From NCBI GenBank assembly GCA_963796275.1, contig CAWCKY010000001.1, forward strand, positions 896,001 through 960,000: a DNA stretch of 64,000 nt, given 5' to 3'. Shown here one piece after another: positions 10,595 through 19,298 of the stretch. The notes under the pieces were generated by a model, which was given only the letters and a program-made list of their open reading frames with translations, was not told the origin of the DNA and did no database searches. Source of the stretch: an uncultured Acidobacteriota bacterium. GTDB lineage: Bacteria; Acidobacteriota; Blastocatellia; RBC074. A program made the translations under genes and the position numbers. Position 1 is the stretch's first letter. Each line of letters starts with the position of its first letter.

Positions 10595-11917
10595 TCACAA
10601 ACGTTCCCAAAGTCTCTTAGCCAACTCACGGCTTCTTGCGGTGATCTCAGCCTCGTCAAGAAACAGTAAGCGCCGGTCTTTCATCAATACCTTGCCCGCG
10701 CAGATGGTCGCCGTAATCATCGAATTCTCAAACCCGAAGAGCATATGCCATGGCAGATTGTCGGCATTGAGCGGTGTGGTCGGATGATAGTCCACGAAAA
10801 TGAGGTCGGCGAATGCGCCTGGTGCCAGCACTCCGATCGGGGCTGGCGGGAATAACGCGCCCGCGAGCGCCGCGTTATTGGTCACGGCCATCTCGGCGAT
10901 GGTGTTACCGCTCATCCGGCGCGGGTCACGGTGTGCCGCCTTGTGATGGAGGTAGGCCGCTTTCCATTCATCCCACATCGCATTTGAAAAACCGTCATTT
11001 CCCAGGCATGCCTTCACCCCGCAGCGTAGCATTCCCTCGACATCCGCTGCGCCCACAGCGTTGTTCATGTCAGAGCGCGGTTGATGTGTGACCCAGGTGC
11101 CGGTCTCGCGCAATATTTCCGCTTCGTGGTTATCGATGTGCACGCAGTGCGCGGCGATGGAACGAGGGCCGAGAATGCCAAATTTATTGAGGCGATCGAT
11201 AACGCGCAGGCCCCCCTTTTTCAGACTATCTTGCTGATCGGATTCGTGCTCCGCCGCGTGGATGTGAAAGCCGCCGTCGTGAGCATTGCGGCACGCCTCG
11301 AGCGTTTTATCCGAAAGCGTGAAAGAGGCGTGCAGGCCGAAGGTGGCAGTAATTGCCGATTGCGGATTCCGGTTTGCAGATCGGATGAAGCGGATATTTT
11401 CCTCAATACCTGCCCGGGCTTTCTCCTGGCCGTCGCGGTCGGTGACTTCATAGCAGAGGCAGGCGCGCAGACCGGCTTGTTCGACCGCCTCGGCGATCGC
11501 ATCCAATGAACCGGCGATGGCATTAGGGGACGCGTGATGATCGATGAGCGTAGTCGTGCCGTGCCTCACTGCGTCTATCAAACATAACAGGGCGCTGTGG
11601 CGCACGTCCTCGAGCGTGAGAGCTTTATCCAGCTTCCACCATAAACGCTCCAGGATTTCCGGGAAATTTTTCGGCGCTGCGCCCGGGATCGCCATACCGC
11701 GCGCGAAGGCGCCGTAGAAATGAGTATGCGCGCAAATGTTACCGGGCAGCACGAACTGTCCGCGCGCACCGATGACTTCGGCCTGCGGATACCTGGTGCG
11801 CAGATCGACTGATGGGCCGAGATCAACAATTCGGTCACCTTCAATGAACAGGGCATGGTTATCAAGAATCAGGTTCGGTGAGCCCCAGGTGATAAGCGTT
11901 GCATCAGTTATCAGCAT
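10595..11917 (-). CDS. ssnA: SsnA-like metal-dependent aminohydrolase (amidohydrolase superfamily)
   Basis: ICAHTHFYGAFARG, GTTTLIDHHASP, FGLHASFTLS, FHIHAAE and MNNAVG motifs; likely start MLITDA at 11917. Confidence 0.75.
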   Translation of the reverse strand: MLITDATLITWGSPNLILDNHALFIEGDRIVDLGPSVDLRTRYPQAEVIGARGQFVLPGNICAHTHFYGAFARGMAIPGAAPKNFPEILERLWWKLDKALTLEDVRHSALLCLIDAVRHGTTTLIDHHASPNAIAGSLDAIAEAVEQAGLRACLCYEVTDRDGQEKARAGIEENIRFIRSANRNPQSAITATFGLHASFTLSDKTLEACRNAHDGGFHIHAAEHESDQQDSLKKGGLRVIDRLNKFGILGPRSIAAHCVHIDNHEAEILRETGTWVTHQPRSDMNNAVGAADVEGMLRCGVKACLGNDGFSNAMWDEWKAAYLHHKAAHRDPRRMSGNTIAEMAVTNNAALAGALFPPAPIGVLAPGAFADLIFVDYHPTTPLNADNLPWHMLFGFENSMITATICAGKVLMKDRRLLFLDEAEITARSRELAKRLWERL

Positions 11918-11919
11918 GG

Positions 11920-12330
11920 TCAGCGTGCATGTTTCATATGCTCTTTCAGTATGCAGCGATCCATCACTACCATCAGGCCCGCAGCTCGAGCCCTGTCCGC
12001 CGCTGCCTGATCGATAACGCCCTCCTGCAGCCAAACGGCTTTCATACCCAAACGGATCGCTTCGTCAACATGGGTTCCCGCTTCTTCCGAGCGGCGAAAG
12101 ATGTCTACCAGGTCGACCCTCTCCGGTATTTCAGCCAGCGTCGAATAGGCCCGCTCGCCAAGTATTTCTGTTTCGGCTGGATTGACGGGAATGATGCGGT
12201 AACCGTATTTCTGCATATAACGCGCCACTCCGTAACTCGGGCGGTACGGATTGGACGACAACCCTACGACGGCAATCGCCTTGCATTCTTCGAGGATTTG
12301 TATAATGACTGCAGTATCATTGATATTCAT
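11920..12330 (-). CDS. CoA-binding domain protein (YccU-like)
   Basis: IAVVGLSSNPYRPS, IPVNP, VDIFRRSE, VWLQEG and VMDRC motifs. Confidence 0.9.
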   Translation of the reverse strand: MNINDTAVIIQILEECKAIAVVGLSSNPYRPSYGVARYMQKYGYRIIPVNPAETEILGERAYSTLAEIPERVDLVDIFRRSEEAGTHVDEAIRLGMKAVWLQEGVIDQAAADRARAAGLMVVMDRCILKEHMKHAR

Positions 12331-12332
12331 CT

Positions 12333-12363
12333 TAAATTCTCAAATCTCAAATCTCAAATCTCA
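12333..12363. repeat. Heptamer tandem repeat (TCTCAAA)n overlapping the carB 3' end
   Basis: aaattctcaaatctcaaatctcaaatctca. Confidence 0.75.
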
Positions 12364-15300
12364 TATGGTGTTCCTGTAGACTGATTACGCTCAGCTTCTC
12401 ATGCCGCATCGCGGCAATTGCGCTCGCCGCCGCATTGGCTCCCGTCAGCGTTGTGAAAGTGACGACGTTGTACTGCATTGCAGCGCGGCGAATAGCCTTC
12501 TCATCGTAAAAAGACGAACGCCCGAGTGGAGTATTGACGATCAAATCGATCTCATCGCTCTTGATCAGGTCGACGACGTTCGGACGTCCTTCGTTGACCT
12601 TATAAACGCGGTCGCAGGGGACGCCCGATTCATTCAGGAAGCCTGCCGTACCGCGCGTCGCGATGATTTTGAATCCGAGCTCGTGCAAACGCTTGGCTAT
12701 GCGAACTGCGTTCTTCTTGTCATTGTCGTTGACGCTGATGAAAGCGGTGCCTTCGAGCGGAAGGCTGGCGTTCGTCCCCATCTGCGCTTTGGCGAAGGCC
12801 AGGCCGAAACTATCGGCCATTCCCATCACCTCCCCGGTCGACCGCATCTCAGGCCCCAGAACAGGGTCGACTCCCGGGAATTTGTTGAATGGAAAAACCG
12901 GTTCTTTGATGAAGAAGCTGTTGACCTTCAGTTCATCGGGCAACTGGAACTCGCTCAATTTTCGCCCGGTCATCACCAGAGCGGCGATCTTCGCGAGCGG
13001 GACGCCCGTCGCCTTCGAAACGAAAGGTACCGTGCGCGAAGCCCGCGGGTTCACTTCGAGGACATAAACGATGTCATCTTTGATTGCAAATTGAATGTTC
13101 ATCAGCCCGCGTACCTCGAGCGCACTCGCAAGCTGGCGTGTGTACCTGCGCATTGTTTCAACATGTTCGGGCTTGACCATGTATGGCGGCAGCACGCACG
13201 ACGAATCGCCGGAATGAATCCCCGCCTCTTCGATGTGCTCCTGAATGCCCGCGATCACGCATCGCGAGCCGTCGGCGAGCGCGTCGACGTCGACCTCAAA
13301 TGCGTCCTCGAGAAAACGGTCTATCAGCACGGGCTTCTCCGGCGAGGCTTCGACGGCGTTTTTCATGTAGCTTTCCAGGCTCGCTTCGTCGAAGGCGATC
13401 ATCATCGCGCGCCCTCCCAGAACGTAACTCGGACGAACGAGTACTGGATAACCGATCGATGCTGCGACGTGCTTCGCATCCTCGACCGTCACCGCCGTAC
13501 CGTTGACCGGTTGCGGAATATGCAGATCGGCGAGCAGTTTGCCGAAGCGTTTGCGGTCTTCCGCCAGATCTATCGATTCGGGGCTGGTGCCGATGATGGG
13601 CACGCCCGCCTGTTGCAATCGCATCGCGAGATTCAATGGCGTCTGACCGCCGAACTGAACTATGACGCCGTCCGGTCTCTCCAGTTCGACGATGTGCATG
13701 ACGTCTTCAAAAGTTAGGGGCTCAAAGTAGAGACGATCGGATGTGTCGTAATCTGTTGAGACGGTCTCCGGATTGCAGTTGACCATGATGGTCTCGAATC
13801 CGGCATCTTTCAGCGCAAATGATGCGTGACAGCAGCAGTAGTCGAACTCGATCCCCTGGCCGATGCGGTTGGGACCTGAACCGAGTATGGCGATCTTCTT
13901 ACCATCCCTGGGTCCGGCTTCACATTCGCTCTCATAAGTAGAATAGAGGTAGGGAGTGAAAGACTCGAATTCAGCGCCGCAGGTGTCAACCCGCTTATAG
14001 ACCGGTTTGATGCCCTCGGCCTGGCGCCTTGCGCGGACCTGGTCCTCGCCGCATTTGAGCAGGTCTGCCATCCGCACATCGGAGATGCCCATCCGCTTCG
14101 CCTGATAAAGCCGTTCAGCGGAGAGCGATGTCAGGCTCTCCTGCTTAAGATCATTTTGAAAATCGGCGATCTGTTTGAGCTGAGTCAAGAACCACCGATC
14201 GATGCTCGTCAATTCGTAGATTTCATCCAGCGTCCAGCCGCGCTCGAAGGCCGCATTCAAATAATGTATGCGCTCAGCATTGGGGATTATCAGTTTGCGG
14301 CGCAGGGTCTCATCGTCAGGATATCCGGTGAAGGCCGGTCCGCGATTTTCCAATGAGCGCACTCCTTTGAGAAAAGCTTCCTTGAAAGTGCGGCCGATGG
14401 CCATCACCTCGCCCACTGATTTCATCTGCGTACCGAGACTATCTTCGACGCCGGGAAATTTCTCGAACGCCCACTTGGGGATTTTGACCACGATATAGTC
14501 GATCGTCGGTTCGAATGATGCCGGAGTCTTCTTCGTGATGTCGTTCGGGATTTCATCCAGGGTATAACCGACCGCGAGCTTAGCGGCGATCTTCGCGATC
14601 GGAAAGCCCGTGGCTTTTGAAGCCAGGGCCGATGAACGCGACACGCGCGGGTTCATTTCGATGACCCGCAAATCTCCGTTGCGCGGATTCACGGAAAATT
14701 GGATATTAGATCCGCCCGTCTCGACGCCGACTTTGCGAATGATCTTGATGGCGGCGTCGCGCATTATCTGATATTCGCGATCGGTCAGCGTCTGCGCGGG
14801 AGCCACGGTTATCGAGTCGCCGGTGTGCACGCCCATCGCATCGAAGTTTTCGATCGAGCAGATGATGACGACGTTGTCGGCCAGGTCGCGCATCACTTCA
14901 AGCTCGTATTCCTTCCACCCGATGATCGATTCTTCGACCAGTATTTCGCTGATCGGACTGGCTGTGAGACCGCGCTCGGCGATCTCCTCAAGCTCTTCGC
15001 CGTTATAAGCAATGCCGCCGCCGGTGCCGCCGAGCGTGAAGCTCGGCCGGATGATTATCGGGAAGTTGGTCTCTTCGGCGGCCACCAGCGCTTCCGCCAT
15101 GGTGCGGCAGAACCTGGCCTTGGGCATCTGCAACCCTATCTCATCCATCGCTTTTTTGAACAGCAGGCGATCTTCGGCGATTTTGATGGCATCAAGTTTG
15201 GCGCCTATCAATTCGATTCCGTATTTTTCAAGCACGCCTGATTCGGCTAGCTTGACGGTCAGATTCAAAGCGGTCTGTCCACCGACGGTCGGCAGCAGGG

Positions 15301-15553
15301 CGTCTGGCCGTTCGCGTTCGATGATGGCAGTCAGCGTCTCGACTGTAAGCGGTTCGACATAGGTTCGGTCGGCTAATTCCGGATCAGTCATTATCGTGGC
15401 TGGGTTGGAATTGACCAGAACTACATTGAAGCCCTCCTGTCTGAGCGCCTTGCACGCCTGAGTTCCGGAATAATCGAACTCGCAAGCCTGACCGATGACG
15501 ATCGGCCCGGAGCCAATGATGAGAATCTTATTTAGATCAGTTCGTTTGGGCAT
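12347..15553 (-). CDS. carB: Carbamoyl-phosphate synthase large subunit
   Basis: MPKRTD start, [50 protein letters not shown] and a C-terminal MGS domain. Confidence 0.98.
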   Translation of the reverse strand: MPKRTDLNKILIIGSGPIVIGQACEFDYSGTQACKALRQEGFNVVLVNSNPATIMTDPELADRTYVEPLTVETLTAIIERERPDALLPTVGGQTALNLTVKLAESGVLEKYGIELIGAKLDAIKIAEDRLLFKKAMDEIGLQMPKARFCRTMAEALVAAEETNFPIIIRPSFTLGGTGGGIAYNGEELEEIAERGLTASPISEILVEESIIGWKEYELEVMRDLADNVVIICSIENFDAMGVHTGDSITVAPAQTLTDREYQIMRDAAIKIIRKVGVETGGSNIQFSVNPRNGDLRVIEMNPRVSRSSALASKATGFPIAKIAAKLAVGYTLDEIPNDITKKTPASFEPTIDYIVVKIPKWAFEKFPGVEDSLGTQMKSVGEVMAIGRTFKEAFLKGVRSLENRGPAFTGYPDDETLRRKLIIPNAERIHYLNAAFERGWTLDEIYELTSIDRWFLTQLKQIADFQNDLKQESLTSLSAERLYQAKRMGISDVRMADLLKCGEDQVRARRQAEGIKPVYKRVDTCGAEFESFTPYLYSTYESECEAGPRDGKKIAILGSGPNRIGQGIEFDYCCCHASFALKDAGFETIMVNCNPETVSTDYDTSDRLYFEPLTFEDVMHIVELERPDGVIVQFGGQTPLNLAMRLQQAGVPIIGTSPESIDLAEDRKRFGKLLADLHIPQPVNGTAVTVEDAKHVAASIGYPVLVRPSYVLGGRAMMIAFDEASLESYMKNAVEASPEKPVLIDRFLEDAFEVDVDALADGSRCVIAGIQEHIEEAGIHSGDSSCVLPPYMVKPEHVETMRRYTRQLASALEVRGLMNIQFAIKDDIVYVLEVNPRASRTVPFVSKATGVPLAKIAALVMTGRKLSEFQLPDELKVNSFFIKEPVFPFNKFPGVDPVLGPEMRSTGEVMGMADSFGLAFAKAQMGTNASLPLEGTAFISVNDNDKKNAVRIAKRLHELGFKIIATRGTAGFLNESGVPCDRVYKVNEGRPNVVDLIKSDEIDLIVNTPLGRSSFYDEKAIRRAAMQYNVVTFTTLTGANAAASAIAAMRHEKLSVISLQEHHMRFEI

Positions 15554-15636
15554 TCCTTGAAGATTTTCGATTTGAAATTTGGTTTTGAACTACAAAAGTA
15601 TCATAAGGAGGCAGTAGAAGAGGAGGACGCAGAAGA

Positions 15637-15731
15637 AAATTTTAAATTTTAGATTTGACATTTTAGATTTTAGATTTAGAAGATAAATCTAAAATCTAAA
15701 ATCTAAAATCTAAAATCTAAAATCTAAAATC
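15637..15731. repeat. Inverted heptamer tandem repeat (TTTTAGA)n...(TCTAAAA)n
   Basis: ttttagattttagatttagaagataaatctaaaatctaaaatctaaaatctaaaatctaaaatctaaaatc. Confidence 0.85.
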
Positions 15732-15742
15732 GTATTCTGTCT

Positions 15743-17821
15743 TTACACTTCTTCGCGCTTGCGCAATCTCAATTCGGCGAGTTTCCATCGTGGCCAGTTC
15801 GATGTACGGTTGTAACGGCTGTTAGCTTGCGCCAGGCCGTCGACGCGCGTTGAACTGCAATGTGGGCAGATACCGTGTAGACCGCGCGACAACTTTTGAC
15901 AGACATTGCAAACCGTAAATTCCGGTGAAATAGTTAATGCAGATACTTCTGTTCGATGGTATGCATGAGCGATGATCGAAGCCAGATAATCGGATGACGG
16001 GAGTCCGACCCCCAGCCAGAGATCGGTGGTCGCATTCCAGACTTGACCTCCCTGCAGTGCGCCTTCAATTTCGATTTTTTCGGTTGCGCTGATTTCGGTC
16101 GCCACCGGCAGTTTGACGGAGTTGGTGTAGAAGACCTCTTCCTCATCCAGGTTTCCGATCGACTGAGGGACAATCGTGGGACCGAATTTTCTGACATCGA
16201 GGCGCGCGAGCCGGTGCGGAGCAATGATGTCGTGCGACTCTGCGATCAGGAATCGGACTTTATGTTTGGCCGATAGACGTTCGGCTTCTGCGTTGAGATG
16301 AGTCACGACGCGTCTGGCAAAATCACGGCTGGCGAGAGAATCTATGAGCGAAGAGCCGGTCACGGTCTCAGTCATTTCGGCGAGACCGACCGGGCAGATG
16401 GCGTGTGCGGTCCAACTCAGCGGTATGAACGGTTCCTTGTCCGGGCGCATTGCAAGCATTGCCAGTACGCCTGCCTCACCGCGAGCGAGCAGCTTCTCCA
16501 GGAAAACCCTCTTTTCCAGCGACGCCTGGGCCGCAAGTTCGAGAAGAGATGTCAAAAGCTCGAATACCTTTACCTGGTTGAATTCAGAACGGTAGCCGAC
16601 GCGCGGAAGATTTATCGCAACCGATGAGAAGATGGCCGCACGCCACTGCCAGCTATCGCCCGCCCTTTGCAGCTTGTCCGCGCCTACGCCGTAGCGCGCG
16701 GTGAACACCGATTCATCGCTGTTGTTCGGGTTCGTTCTATCGAAAGCCAGCACGACGCCGCCGCGCTCGCTCGCGACGCGGGTTACGAGATCGAGGAAAC
16801 CACGGTTTCCGGGATTGGCTATGAATTGTTCGTTCAAATGGAGGATCGGACGCGGCCCAATGAATGAGAATCCCTGGCCGTCGCCTTCGAGATAGACCTC
16901 GAACAATATTTTGAGGAAAGTGCGCGCGACTTCGCCCACCGAACCGTAGCTGATGCTGAGTTTCTCGCCTCCCGCGCCTACTATCGGTAGCTTGAGGAGG
17001 TAAGAAGGCGCATCCCAATCCAGGTGCAGGTCGCATCGCACCGGTTGCCCCCCGCGCGCGATCGTCGGGGCAGAAAGCTCGAACAATAATTTTTGTGCGA
17101 GCTGCCTCATCTCTCGCTGGTTGAGACCTACAAGCATCGGTGCGAGCGCGAAGTTGACCGAATCCCACGCGAGCGCATCGCTGAAATACCCCTGTAAGGC
17201 CGCGCTCAGCGTGACGAAATGTGACGCCAGCACCTCGGGCCGTTTGGCCGGGCGCGACCCCGCGAATCCACCCGGCAGCTTGATACCGTGGCGTTTGATG
17301 AAATCGATTGTGCCGATCATGTTCGACGGACGGTCGACTTCTCCCAGGTTTTCAATATGAAAATCGCCTTCCAGATGGGCATTCGCCACGGCATCCGAAA
17401 AAACATAGAGCATGGCGAACTCGCGTTTGATCGCTTCAGCCAGAGCGAGGCTCGTGCCCTCAGGCCCGTGCACTACGGCTGATTCGCTCGACACCGATTG
17501 GATGATGCGGTCTACGTCATAGACCGGAACGCCCAATCTCGAGTGCGCGCTGTATTCAGTCATTAATCCGTATTCGAGCAGCTTTGCATCAACGAGCCCG
17601 CGGATCAGCGGCGCGGTCAGCGCCCGGATGCCGGAGCGTTCTATCTGTTCTTTGACCTCGTTAGCGATCTGTTGCGCGATCTCCGGCGCCAGATTGGTTT
17701 CGCGTACAAGAGCATCGGTTATGCGTTGAGGATCGAAACGCGCATATTTCTCATCCGATTGTCTGACGAGCAGTTCGGATTCGGTCAGGGTGATATTTAC
17801 TTTTTCCTGAAGTATATTCAT
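15743..17821 (-). CDS. Class III ribonucleotide reductase (NrdD) homologue with ATP cone and Zn ribbon; catalytic motifs degenerate
   Basis: ATP cone (LTAPLIRGLVDAKL), HGPEGT, AHLEGDFH, ARGGQ, INLPR, YTNS, SPEFTVCNVC...CPHC; the RxxGY radical motif is absent. Confidence 0.85.
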   Translation of the reverse strand: MNILQEKVNITLTESELLVRQSDEKYARFDPQRITDALVRETNLAPEIAQQIANEVKEQIERSGIRALTAPLIRGLVDAKLLEYGLMTEYSAHSRLGVPVYDVDRIIQSVSSESAVVHGPEGTSLALAEAIKREFAMLYVFSDAVANAHLEGDFHIENLGEVDRPSNMIGTIDFIKRHGIKLPGGFAGSRPAKRPEVLASHFVTLSAALQGYFSDALAWDSVNFALAPMLVGLNQREMRQLAQKLLFELSAPTIARGGQPVRCDLHLDWDAPSYLLKLPIVGAGGEKLSISYGSVGEVARTFLKILFEVYLEGDGQGFSFIGPRPILHLNEQFIANPGNRGFLDLVTRVASERGGVVLAFDRTNPNNSDESVFTARYGVGADKLQRAGDSWQWRAAIFSSVAINLPRVGYRSEFNQVKVFELLTSLLELAAQASLEKRVFLEKLLARGEAGVLAMLAMRPDKEPFIPLSWTAHAICPVGLAEMTETVTGSSLIDSLASRDFARRVVTHLNAEAERLSAKHKVRFLIAESHDIIAPHRLARLDVRKFGPTIVPQSIGNLDEEEVFYTNSVKLPVATEISATEKIEIEGALQGGQVWNATTDLWLGVGLPSSDYLASIIAHAYHRTEVSALTISPEFTVCNVCQKLSRGLHGICPHCSSTRVDGLAQANSRYNRTSNWPRWKLAELRLRKREEV

Positions 17822-17876
17822 GTGTTGGGGAGCGATAGCACAAATATTTTAGCGATCGGCGAAAAGAGATCGCCTT

Positions 17877-18677
17877 TCACCATTTACAAAAATGATCGAG
17901 CGGCCCGGCTCCGTGCCCCAGCTCCGGCGCAGCTCGTAACGCCGCTTCCAGATATCGCTTGGCGCGGGGGACGGCCTCGGGGATTCCTTCGCCTCGTGCG
18001 AGCAGCGCAGCAATGGCCGATGCGAGCGTGCAGCCAGTGCCGTGCGTATTGCGCGTCGAAATCCGCGGAGCACGAAAGACATGAAACTCGCGCCCGTCAT
18101 CGAGAACATCGATCGCCTCAGCATCGGGCAAGTGACCGCCCTTGACGAGGACCGCGTTTCGATGGGAGCCATGTGATTGCGCCCGGCACAACTCATGCAG
18201 CGCGCGGGCAGCCCGTTTCATCCCATCCGCGTCTTCTACTTTCAAGCCGGTGAGCAATTCAGCCTCCGGGATGTTGGGCGTAATCACATCTGCGAGCGGA
18301 AATATCCGTTCGATCAATATTTTTGTGTCATCAATCAGCTGGTAACCGCTGGTCGACATGATGACCGGGTCCAGTACCACATTTTGCAGAGCGTAGCGTT
18401 CAATCGTCTCAGCCACGACATCAATGATCTCCCGGTTCGGTAGCATCCCGATTTTGACCGCAGCGATCTTGAAGTCACTGATGATCGGATCGATTTGCGC
18501 GCGCAGCACATCAGCAGGATTATGGTATGCGCCGTATACGGCAACTGTATTCTGCGAGGTAATGGAAGTGATCGCCGCCGTGCCGTAGCACCCGAAAGCA
18601 GCGAAGGTTTTGAGATCAGCCAACACCCCCGCCCCGCCCGAAGGATCGAATCCGGCTATTGAAATCAGTGTAAGCAT
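17877..18677 (-). CDS. thiD: Hydroxymethylpyrimidine / phosphomethylpyrimidine kinase
   Basis: IAGFDPSGGAG, VKIGML, VITPNIPEA, KGGHL, NTHGTGCTLASA and GHGAGP motifs. Confidence 0.95.
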   Translation of the reverse strand: MLTLISIAGFDPSGGAGVLADLKTFAAFGCYGTAAITSITSQNTVAVYGAYHNPADVLRAQIDPIISDFKIAAVKIGMLPNREIIDVVAETIERYALQNVVLDPVIMSTSGYQLIDDTKILIERIFPLADVITPNIPEAELLTGLKVEDADGMKRAARALHELCRAQSHGSHRNAVLVKGGHLPDAEAIDVLDDGREFHVFRAPRISTRNTHGTGCTLASAIAALLARGEGIPEAVPRAKRYLEAALRAAPELGHGAGPLDHFCKW

Positions 18678-19032
18678 GATAAAGATCTACTCCTCAGCAC
18701 GAAGCCGAGACATTCGTTTAGTGGGATTTCATTCTTTAGGTGCTTACCTGTGCCGGAAGAAGCGCTAATACTACTCAATTCTTGGGGCGTATTAGCTACC
18801 TCAATCAGCTTCCGTATCGACCAACCGATCGGATACACGTTATCTGGTGGGTTCGTCCACGGATAATAGCATTATATTGGGTAGTGGTAAAGAGAAGGAC
18901 TATTCGGGGGGTAAAAGAGAGAGAGAGATTCCATGTCTACGGATTTAACCACACCCCTGAATTTACCGCTAAAGAATTAAAAGCTCGGATTGTGATTGAG
19001 TGTGATGAACGATAATTCTGAAGGATTGTGGC

Positions 19033-19290
19033 CTATGGTGGATGGGAGGAAATATCGACGGATTTGCCCCCCCGGTTTGGCGAATTACTTGAGCGGGGTG
19101 CGCAGTCCAACTTGCTCAACATTTGCTGGAGTTTTACGAGGATTTCAGCGCTGGGGCGTCGTTTTCCGTTGATGACACTCGATAAATGTGCTGGGTCAAT
19201 TCCGGCCAGTGCGTCGAGTTTTCTCAGACTGATTTTTCTTTTTTTGGATGGCTCGCTTCCCTCTCGAAAGGGTTTCGGCAGCCTCTTTCT
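19033..19290 (-). pseudogene. XRE-family HTH remnant
   Basis: Hand translation of the minus strand gives KISLRKLDALAGIDPAHLSSVINGKRRPSAEILVKLQQML; no in-frame ATG; possible frameshift in the A-run near 19235-19245. Confidence 0.55.
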
Positions 19291-19298
19291 TCGCTTTT

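Noticed and set aside
12401-13717. 438-aa plus-strand ORF (and similar long antisense ORFs at 33994-34686 and 53066-53905)
   Set aside because: Antisense shadows of well-supported genes in GC-rich coding DNA; no recognisable motifs
15743-17821. Annotating this ORF as functional nrdD
   Set aside because: The Gly-radical motif and catalytic cysteines could not be found and no activase is adjacent, so the gene symbol was withheld
18678-19030. TPP riboswitch or tRNA integration target near thiD
   Set aside because: No TPP aptamer core in a suitable structure and no tRNA cloverleaf recognised by eye; a covariance search would be needed to exclude them fully
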